Source: Raillietiella orientalis
Lineage: Eukaryota
Assembly (NCBI GenBank): GCA_036172245.1
Contig: JAYWIR010000013.1
Span: 3,472,001 to 3,536,000, forward strand
Length of the DNA: 64,000 bases
Direction: 5' to 3'
Shown here in pieces: positions 27,451 through 38,900 of the stretch. Every line of letters starts with the position of its first letter. Position 1 is the first letter of the stretch. Below the pieces are notes generated by a model, which was given only the letters and a program-made list of their open reading frames with translations, made no database searches and was not told where the DNA came from. The position numbers were made by a program, and so were the translations under genes.

Positions 27451-30399
27451 CGGACCATCCAGGGTGCAGAGTCGCAGTCAGGTCAGCGATCACTCAAGCC
27501 AGCAATGAAGGGTTGGAGAAATTTCAGAGGAGGCCCAACATGAATTCGGATGTTCGCAGACCGTGATCAGCTGATGGAAAATTCCAGACTGATTCCCTTA
27601 AATCATCGAAAGCCGTTGATGAAAGGCGAGCTCTCCCACTAAGCGCGATCCACTCAAGTGGCGTCCCGAGGAATCCGTTCGAAATCTTGAAGAACACTTA
27701 TGCAAGCTCTTTCGCTGTCTAGGAACCGGCGACTTCTTATTTACTGGTCTTTCCTAATTAAAAAGGACAAAAAAAAACAAAAACAAATTTTCCTCAATGG
27801 GTTTATGGATCACCGAATGGATATTCAGTGATTGCTTTCACCTTCCTGCAGAATGTTTTTTTTCTTCTTCTTTGCATCCTCCTCGAATCTTCGATTCTTC
27901 CACACGGTGTTCCCGGACGCAGTTCCGAGGTCACGCCACGTGTCCGTCACAAAAGGAGACCGCGTTTTGACTGCGTGTTTCGACCACGCAGGCATCACAG
28001 TCTTTGAATACACAAACGCCGAAGATTTTCAGGGTTCAGTTTCCGCGTGCTGAGAGTCGGAAGACGGTTCAACCCTTTCCTCCGGGGCATTGGTGCTTCG
28101 GAAAGGCTTCTACATCCGTGACTTCAGAGGTGTTATGGAAACGGTTTGGGAGGACGTGTGCGTTCTGGCACCATGGAGTCGCTGGCACCGGGATGTAGCC
28201 AAAGCGGCACTCTCCAGAGCTGCTTTCGAGAAGGGAAGAGGTTGAGAGGGGAAGACCAAGTAGGAGAATTCGCAGCCTTTTAGAATGGGCTACTCGAGGG
28301 CTGGAGGGCAGGGCATCGTCGATGGTACAGAACAGTGGTTCTGATGAAGCGGACACTTCCCGTGCCGAAATTTCTTTCCAAACTAAAAGCAGTCGAACTT
28401 GCGTTTTTTTTCTTCTTTTCCTTTCTCCCAGAGAACAGCGAAGGGAATCTGGAAAAATGAATGCGAAAACAGATGAAGGTCAGAGGGAACAAGATGGCTG
28501 GTTTTTCTGCTTCCTTCCGGTATTCCTAATTATCACTTATTGCTTATCACAGCTGCGTTAAGGGAATTCTGAGACTTTGAAGAAATGGAACTTTTCTTGA
28601 GTTCGAGCACGAGTCACCATCAAAGATGGAAAAGTAGTCGCGCTTTGGAATCTGAATAGATTTTGTGCAGATCCTACGGACCTTTCGATAATATCCCTCA
28701 CTTCTTGAATGACCATCTTTTCCAGAAACACGGCTGTTGCCATGGAAACCGCCTTGCCGGGAGGAAAAAGGGGGAGAAAAAAAAAACTGCCTCCCGGGAA
28801 GGTCCGATGACTAGGATGAGAGCACAGTTCAAGTTCGAAAGCGTCATTAAGGTAATTTACGGAAACTGAATTCCCCAGACATCCCGATTTCCGGATGGAG
28901 CTCATTCAAAACGGAGGCGCCTTTGAAATCTCTAATGGGGAGGATCCGTCCTTCCGCGGTCAGGAGTTCCGGTTGTGCCAACGGACTTCCGGAAAATCAT
29001 CGTCAGTCAACTCACTCCGAAACATTCTCGAGCTTTCGATCATTAAAGTTTCGGCTCGTCAGCGATTCCTTTTTTTTTTTTTTTTTTTTTTCTTCGCGGC
29101 TCCATGTCGATCAGAGATATTTTTAGAGCACGTCAACAATGCGATCCCTGCAACAATACCGGAGAGATCCTCACGGCGAGGATCCGGACCGAAAACGAAG
29201 AGGAGAATTTTCAAGATGGCGCAACGAAAATGGCGACCCTGGCCGTTTTGCGATAGTTCGCCTCCCGTGTTGCAGGGGAGAAGAAGAAGAAGAAAGTGTT
29301 GCAGGACAACCGGATGCAGAAACTCCTCGCAGATCACGAACAAGAACAGAGGAAATTATCTCAACGGAAAAATCGTCAAGGAAATGGAAGAGAGAGTTTC
29401 GCACGGTATTCTGTGGAATGCCAGTTTTTTTCTAGACTCCCAGTCGTGATTTTTTAAATCGAATGTGAAGGATTTTTTCCCAGGTTAGCGGACACCAAGC
29501 TCATCGAATGCAGGTAATATAGGTAACGTACAGCTGATCTACCCTTTTTGGTAGCGCTTCTTCATGCCTCCCGCTTGGCCCTCGGCCGCGGTCTTGGCAG
29601 TTCTCTGCTGCATCCGCGGAACCGTGGCGGCCTGGAACGCAACCAGAAGAGGCCAGAACGGCAGGGACGCCATCCACTGGACACGGCTCTTTATGAAGAC
29701 CGCATCCCCATGGTCCCACCTGGGCAATGTGAGGACGCAACTTGTTGGTATCCTGAACAGCATATAGAGGACGTCTCCCAGCGAACAGTGATCCCTTCCC
29801 TGCCCTCCCTTCCCCGAGAAACATCTCCCCTACCCTTGTTGTACTTTTTCTTTGTGTTTTTCCCTTCCCATTCGCTGCGGAAACGGACCTCGCCGGTCTA
29901 CCGACCGGTGACCGACGAGATGCCATGACGTGGTGAACCAAGCGGTTCACCACAGGAACGTTTCCTTGTTCTATTATTTTTGGATAAATGCCCTGGCAAA
30001 TCCGGGTGACAAACCCTTTTTGTTAGTAAGATGGAAACTGCGGCTTAGCTTTACACGGAAGCACGTTACAAAGGGATGTATTTTTCCTGTCCCATGTGTC
30101 CCCAGCTTCTGTTCAGAATGTCTAGCTGCTATGGAACGAGAATGACCAAAACGCCAGATAGATCTACTGTGAGCCCTCCCTCCCCGTCCACACACGCACA
30201 CGTACTGTCTGCAAGGGTCCAGATGTGATTAACTCCTCAGGAATAACTTTTTCCCACGAAGGGGAATACGCTGCCAGTAATGGTGAACCTGGGGAGAACT
30301 CCGATATCTCCAGGACATCGTAGATACAGGCATTGTACATTCCCCTTCCGGTCTGACAAAATGAAAGGATATTAATAACCTGAGACCATCCTCTGGCGA

Positions 30400-30960
30400 T
30401 GTATTCACAAAGGCGTCGTATGACTATTGGTAACATTGCCATACAGACTTCTGATGAAGAAAGGTGAATTGTTTGTATGTAGCAGAGAATTCAAGGAGGC
30501 GTTACGCTGTGACAACCGAGGCTTTGGGGATTCCTATTCCTCCACTGATGCACATTATCATGGTCACACCGTCTGCCATGAGGTGAGAATGGTCGTTATC
30601 CGTATTGCAAGTTGCCGAGTTCAAAGATGAACATGGCATCACTTGAACTCTGTGTCCGCTGTTTCAAGCTTGAGGTGCCCCTGCCTTGCGACGAAGTGCT
30701 GTTCAAAGTCTCCCCATCGAAACCCATCCTGGTCAAGGAAAAAAGACCATGGCTTGCGCTGGGCTTTAGAAGGACCTCAAGGCACTCATTCACTAGCAAG
30801 TATCGGGCTGGAACTTCTTCCCCTTTGCAGGGGAGCTAGAAGCAAGCAGGAACGATACTATAAGGGTTGGTAGCGATGGAACGAGATATTGCTGCCTATT
30901 TCGAACAGCAGTACGAAACATTCTCGTTTGTACATCGAAAGATATGACAACCTGGTTCAC
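30400..30960 (-). mobile_element. Possible decayed hAT-family transposase fragment
   Basis: FVLLFEIGSNIS (like FSLLxDESTDIS), followed in frame by LEVLLK..SHGLFSLTRMGFDG (like the GxxFDGA motif), with internal stops. Confidence 0.33.
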
Positions 30961-32620
30961 GGGATCAAGAAGTTGATCTCCGATCGGTAGGAGCTTGTGA
31001 CTGAAAACTGGACCATTCTGAGCATAAATCTATCACTCAGATGGAGTCTTGTGCGATGACAAGCAAACCTCGCGATCTGTTTTCCTTTTGGAAACACGGC
31101 AAGGGTGTTCAGTCGTGTACCAAAAGAGGAAGAGAGAAAGCATCCTGATACCCCTCTCTTTCTTCCGTCATTTGGAATTCCGGCTTCTCTTCGGACCCTG
31201 ACTGTTGACCTCTTGGCACTCCGGGGAACCCAGGAACAAAGATGTTCTAGAGTTGAGGATTTCGGGGCTCTATATAAACCTCATGCAGAAGCTGACAATC
31301 TTGACAACCAAACGGCACAGCACGGCCGGAAGAGGAAATGTGGCACCGATTGCTACACGAAAGGAAGAACATAGCGTATGCACCATAAATGTGGAGTTCC
31401 CTCTGCATACAAATACACGCCCTATGACATAAGCTGTGTATTTACAGTGTATGCACTTGCATTTGATGATATTTTTGAGAAACAATAACTGAAATGCGCA
31501 TTCTGGAATCTAAAAAATCGTGCAACTCGCTACTTACAACTGCAATTATAATGAAATGACATAATTCGATCTATGGAGTTGCCTCACGTTTGGATTCACT
31601 GACGAAAATTTTCGTCTTAGCCACAACTAGTTTGAAACAAGAGTGAATATAAATGCAAGCAATATAATGAACCACACAAAAAAGTACGACAGAAAGAGAG
31701 GCGAGCATCAGCTTTCCTTCATCAACGTCAAATGTGGGCTGGAGGAACCTTCCGACCATCTTAAGGCTTCGTCCGAGGTGCTCGTGAAGAAACCAGCATC
31801 ACCTCAACCGAGGCATTAAAACGGTTCAACAGACTGACATCGAACCATGGTATGATACGAAGTGGTGGAATCATTACTGGAGATTATGAAAGAGACGTGT
31901 ACCGTCATCAGTCGGGCTGTAGTTGGAGTGGAAACGAGAAAATGTCCACATCTACGTGGGCGGGAAGAAGAATTCTATGCTGCACGGTCCGAGATCAGTC
32001 TCGTTGCAACCATGGCAGGTTCTAAAAGGACTTTCGTAGAAGGATCCTCACACGCAGGTTCACACTTGATGTTTTACAGATGGCTTTGGCAGTGATCTTC
32101 GAGGGCGTTGGAAAGCCGAGTCAGGTATCAAGAGGGAGGGGGGGGAGGGGAAAGGAAGCAGATAGGGACAACTCATCAAAAAGTTAAGTTCTATCTGGAA
32201 CACGTGTGTGTGGTTTCGAGCAGAACTTGGCACGCAGAAGCGGGCTAAAGTGTGGTAAGTGCCATCCTTGGTCAGTCCAGCCCAGTGGGTCCACAAACAA
32301 CAGAAAAGTTGATGCTTATGGCCCAACCTGGAGTTTTTCTGTTACTTATGGGGTGTCATTCATATCGTTTGAGATGTGCCTATAAGTAACTCAGATAGCA
32401 CTGCCCTTACGGCAGCGAGGTTCACTCATCTCCCACTTTTCGAAATCGACATAAAGTTGGCAAACTCACCTTAATGCATTCAATCACTGGTGTGGTCAAA
32501 AAAGCAAGCAGCTTATATTTTTACTACATAGTCAAAGAATTCTGTTACATTGACATTCTGCGTACATGGATTCTTAGTGTAAAATGTCACAAATAGAAAA
32601 ATAATACCAAATATAAGAAA

Positions 32621-32626
32621 TTTATT
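32621..32626 (-). promoter_or_regulatory. Candidate polyadenylation signal (AATAAA) for neurexin
   Basis: tttatt on the plus strand, about 320 nt downstream of the neurexin stop, near the end of the AT-rich domain. Confidence 0.5.
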
Positions 32627-32948
32627 ACATTTTCTTAACATGTCACAAGATCAATAATTGTAACCAAAATGTCGAATTCCTGGGGACCACGAAGTTAACC
32701 CTTATTTTCAAACAAAAGTGAGGGAAATGATTTTTTTTTGTTTTCTAAGTCTTTCACAGATTTTATGCATACATAACAGCTAATATTGAAATGAGTAAAC
32801 AGTAAAATTCTACTCTGTATTCAAAATGTCCATTGAGGGAATAGTAATAACCACATGTTATTTCAAAGGTTTAAAACTGCAACAAGATTGCATCACATCC
32901 AGGTGGATGATATTCATAGTATTGCAGTGAAGAATCAACACTGCATTG

Positions 32949-35900
32949 TCAAACATACCACTCTTTTATATTTTTGTTGCCTATTTTTCCTTTTTCTGTT
33001 TCAGTCATTGTTTCTGCATATGCAGGAGCATTGGGCGAAACCATGGATGTATCCGAGGGTACAAATTGATAGGTCTTGCCATAGTCCATTTTTAAGCGAG
33101 CTTTCTGTCTATCACTGAACCGCAGTATTATCAGAATCACAATAATGACTGCAATGAGTGCACCTGCAATTATACCTATAATCAGAGCAGCGTTTTCCGC
33201 TTCCTCTGGAAGAATCCTAGATTCATCAAGAGCTTTATATATGTTCTTGTGTTCTTTGGTCGTATAATCCGGCCAAAATGGATCCAATGAGAAATATGAG
33301 GATTGGGATGTCTGCATAGGATGAAAACTTAGAGTACGCAGACTGAAAACACTAGAGGCACTAGTTTTTTCTTTAATTGAGGCTCTTGTGGTAGAGAGAG
33401 AAAAAACTTTGGAAGTCTTAGGAAGTTGAGAAATTTTATCAGTGATTAAGGCAGGTACAACAGACTGAGTGGTGACTAATGTAGTTTCTGCAATTGTTGT
33501 TGATTTTTGTTTCAAAACTGAAGAATGCGTAGACACAGTACTGCTCTTATCTGAAAAGGAAGAGAACAAATCTCAGAAACTTGATAATCCATCAGCACTC
33601 CACCTGTCTGCGGCATGTTCCAATATGTGACCAACTCTCCATTACCAGAACTTACTATACAATCTTCATCATCACAAGGTACAAAAAAAGGATATGTTTC
33701 TTTAAACGTTGTCAGTGCAGTTTGCTGAGATGGACGAGTGGAAGGAGGCACAAATATAGGTGTGATAAGATCATCTACATTAATGAGCTTAATATTAAAT
33801 TTCTTTCAAACATTAGAGTTCACCTGATTCAGAATTTCTATCAGGTATGCAATCATCTTCATCATCCTGAGATTCACAAACCCCAGAGTAAATAAGATCA
33901 TCGGTTACACTAAGTTCATCTGCTGGTGTCTTTAGATATGCAAAAATGCATGTCTGCATAACTTAGAACTGCTACTCACTCTCATCATGGTGTCCAAAAG
34001 ATCCAAAGGATGTTCCTTTGGAGATGATGAAACTGATTTGACCTGGTGAACATCACCTTGAATTAAAATTCGAGGATCCTTTTGTGATGCCGCATCAAAA
34101 ACTCGAAGTCCATTGACAACCAAACCAGACATTACACCATGAAATGGTTGCTCAACTGAACGTGTCAAAAGATCTAATTTTCCACCAACATGAATCTGAT
34201 TTTGACTGTTAAATACTGTCAACTGGCGACCTATACGTGACCGGATCAAATGCAAGCATACATAATAAATACAAATAACACGGACCTGTAGGATAATGCA
34301 CATTTATATCTGCACTATCAACTTGCAAAGTGCTATTGGCTCCTGAGCGGGTGAAACGCAAAACATGATAATGTCCATCACTAACATTAACATGTTGCTC
34401 AATTATTTCATGTTCTTCTGTTCCCATATTATATAACACATGAACATGACCACTAAGCTTACAAAGCATCAACATAAGAAAACAATTCAGCGGAAGTAAC
34501 TTACCACACTTAGAGATATGAAATCATGGCTTGTGCTGCTGTATATTTGAAGAAGAACTCCATTTTGTGCCTCTGTGACAAACCCAACAGCAATGAGGTC
34601 ACCTTTGGTATCTGGACGTTTGTTTATAGGAAAACTATAAATTAGCACTCCACCATTAGAGGCAAATTCGTAAGCTGTGGATTCTATGAGATAAAACCAT
34701 TAATGTTTGCATTTATTGCAACTATTACAAAAATAATGTGCACAGTTTCGAAAAAGCACTACTGACAATAGTTCCAATACAAAAATTTAAGGTAAGCTTA
34801 ATACTTTAACAAGTTTGGAAAACACTTGATGAATTTCCTCTGAGATCAGTTACCTCCATATACAATTACCATCTCATATATTACAAAACATTTTTTTTTC
34901 AAGGTTTATAAAACATTCAAAGAATACAAAAGATACATCAGCACTAATGCGAGTGTTGACAACAATACAATAGATGAACCATGCAATCTTTGGGGCATGA
35001 TAAACGTTTTTCATGTTTACATGGCAGCCTTAATGGATTTAAATACCTTCCTGAATATTTAGTCGAATACATAATTATTTTATCACTGAATTCTCTTATA
35101 CTTTTCATCAGTGAAATGGATCACCATAGCATATGTGTTGGAGTATAAAGCCAAAGGGAACTCAATTACTCTTTCATTCTGGTTATGAGAAAAGTTAGAG
35201 GGAGCTTTCATAGGCCTTTTTCCTATCAATATTATTCATCCGATTAGCTTTAACATTTTCTTGTCGTTCCCAGATTATTTAATATATTATTCCATATCTG
35301 GATTTCAAATACAGCAACTTACGCTAACATATTTGCAGATTTGGAAAAGCTGTTCAATACCTTTTGATTAACAAAAGGGTCAAGAATGATCACAAGAAAT
35401 AGTTACAACTCGTGTTCGCTTCACAGGAAGAAAACAAAAAGAACAAACACGTAACAGTTTCATATCCCCTCTTAAACTATGATATACAGTCTGAAAGAAT
35501 TTCATTTGATACACATATACTAATCGTGAATTCGAAACAGTTATGGTTCTACAAAGATTTAAATGAGAGATGTGAAAGTTCAAATGTGCTGGAATACTCA
35601 GAAATTAGTAAAGAATTGTTAATACATGCGGTCGGGTCGAAGCTATTAATATTTAGACTTTAGGTATTCATGCACTTGTTATTGTGCTTACAGAAGTGAG
35701 GGCACGGCAATTAGCAGTCATAATGATAGCATGCCATGGTGTTTCAATATGCACAAAGTGAAAGCTAATTCAGTGACGCAATTTTCTTTTTCAAGTCTTA
35801 CATACAATGAAATTTTTTTAAAGTTAATTAGTTTTTTATCTATATTAGCCATTAAATGAAACAGCCAAGATACTTTTCATTCAATGTTCCAAGTAGAATA

Positions 35901-38900
35901 GGCATTTCAGAAAATTCTATTTTGAGGGATTGTCAAAACCAACACAAATATTTAGATAAATTGTTTTTCAAGCAAGTTCAGCAATTAATGTACTCTTTTG
36001 TTGTAGAACAAGTTGGAACAATCCATGATTCTGACACAAATAAAATGATTTGAAACAGCAAAATAAAAACTGAACACATGATTAAAACAAAAAGCATAAG
36101 CTGGTCTTTGAAAATTCGAAAGTTAGTTACCATCAGGGAAATAAATCTAAACTACGCATTTTTTTTCTTTGAAGAAAAAACAGTCACTTTATAAACCATT
36201 TTGCTGAAATTACCTCCCAAGCAAAAAGTACATTTTGAATCAAAGCTAACATGATATTCATATAAAATCCACATAAATTATCAGAATTAAATAACGTACC
36301 ATCAGAACAGGATATTCCTGAGAAACTTGTCATATCACAATCACAAGAGTAAGAATTTAATTGCTGTATACACGTACCACCATTGTGACAAGCAGTGCTG
36401 CTGCATTTGAATCTATGGTCTAAAATGATGTGAACATGCATACTAGCCAAGCAATGTGTTACAAAATTGTTAAGCTGAATAATACAACAGTACCTTGTGC
36501 ATCAGTAAATAGAATATACAATATAAGATAGGAAAAAATACATACTGTAAATACAATGAATGAATGCATGCATTTTTAGATAAACATTTGTGATTTTGAA
36601 GTAATGATGTAAAAACAGGGTATTGGCATAGGAAAAGTTTCATCATGAAGACTTTGAAGATGATGAAATGGAGTTTCCATATTTGTTGAATTACAATTCT
36701 ATGCACAAAACATTTAATTTATCTACCTTCGCAACCTTTTGCTATCATTGGGCTTGAAACTATTGCATCACCTAACAGATCAATAACCTTTCCATTTAAT
36801 TCTATGGTGGCTAAACAACCTCCAAATCCTCTTTTTGAGTGGACAGATTTTGGCAAGTGTTCAAACATGGATTTACGTATTCCTCCTAAATAAATTCAAA
36901 TTATCACAAAGACACAAATCAAAATTATCAATAATAATTTTACATGATTAAACAATAACTCAATGATCACAATGACAAGGTAAATTTGATTAAAGATAAC
37001 AATGATTCACATATTCATCAAATACATGCAATGCATATTTATTCCAGCACCAAAGTAATACATACATATATGATCTTGTGCATGTGCTAAACACATGGAA
37101 AACCATTTTTGAGGATTTAATAAATTTTCCTTAAGGATGAAATGTTAGGAACACTTGGTTTCTCATGTGAGAGTTCGAAAACAAGCAGAAACAGTGCATG
37201 TCAATAGAAATGCACTTGAATTTTCTTATGGACTCCATTTATAAGACTTAGGTGATTACCTGGTCTTTTAATGCATGCTTTTTGTAAATAATTGAGTTCA
37301 TTGTCAATAGAAATAAAAGAAAAATTCATTGTTTATACAATTATATGGCTACTCTCATGTGGTGTAAAATGCAGACCATTCTTTGGAGAATCCAACAAGC
37401 TCTTCAATCTGGTGATTTTCCTTGTAAACGAACATACTACTTGGGTAAAAAATTAGAAACTTCAGTATGTAAAAATTAAAGCTACAGATTCTGACATCAG
37501 AACCTTCCAAGTTTCTCTGAAATGTTATTCTTTTTCTGTTGAACCAAAAGTAAGATTCATTCATTCGATTCTCAGTAAAAACTGATCTTTTAATTCAAAA
37601 ATGAACGAAAATTTTAAACATTTCTTATTCATTTACATATCATCAGTATCTGGTTTTCCTTTCCATGAGAATGCGCTGAAACCCTGATGCATTCTCACTG
37701 GTATTTCAGTGACACTGTTTACAATTCTCTCCAGTTAGCATGCATGCTAGCCTGCTAATTGACTGCAGTTATTCAACATTCCAATTATTTTCACTGGGTA
37801 TATGCAAAAAAATTCTCGTTTTCTTAAAACTCATCGATGAATTCCGGAATTGTTTTTTTCAATTGAACCCCATCATGCAGCTCGATTTTCCGATCAGTGC
37901 ATTTTCTAGGATGAATTACATGAACTTTACATTCAGTTTGAATGTTTTGCAATAGGAAAGAAGCGAAGCTTTATATCTTTTGCATTTTCAGTAATAAAAA
38001 GTACGGAAAAACATTCATTCTGATAATTTCTGTTTTCTGAAAAAGACTCAGAAACACACAAGTTTTTACGAAATCCAATTATTTGGAAGGCAGTTGAAGT
38101 TTCTTATGGGGTCCATTTATAAGACTTAAGTGATTCAAATGATTCACTGTTTAAATCCTCAATTCGAGTTCTGATTACCTAATGTCTGATGCCTGATGGT
38201 CTTTTAATGCATGCTTTTTATAAATAATTGAGTAAATTGTAAATAATAATTGCATTTCTCATATCCACAAAAGGTGCTGTTATTGTTATCAAGACCATAT
38301 TTATTTCAAGATTTGATTTAAAACTCCCTTTCATTTTTTCCATGGATCTGTAAATAGTGGAGTGAATAGTGCAGCAATGTTTTTTTATGTTACTGAAGAG
38401 CTATTCACTCCCCATCTGCAAAGATGCTGACTAAAGTTGAAATGAGCTGCAAACACATTCAGGGCATTAGAATTTTGGGGGGGGGGGGGGGGGGATACTC
38501 TTATATACTTTAATTTTGACTTTCTTCTTTGGTTTTCAGGTTTAAAGTTTCCTTTTTGTTCATATTAAAGGTATCCTTAATACTTATCTTACAAGCAATC
38601 ACTTGAAACAAAGGGTGGTGTTTTTTTCAATGTGGGTAGCTTTAAATGGAATTTTTTTTTTTTTTGCAAACAAAAAAGCCTATTCCTGCTACCAATTTGA
38701 AGCATAACTTATTTCAAACCTAATCATATCCGGAATTCCCCACTGCATTTCATTACTATCTCCAGTCTATCAAATGTTTAGTTTTAATGGAAAAAACTGT
38801 TACTTGAAAATCTATGCAATAATAAACTGCACATAAACGGACACAAGGAAAAGCAAGTATCTTACAAGAAAAAATGCTACATGGTCAACAATCCTAGGAT

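Noticed and set aside
28335..29070. Two further CTGANGA...GAAA matches (about 28341 plus, about 29045-29062 minus)
   Set aside because: Stem II is malformed or too short, and stems I and III do not pair.
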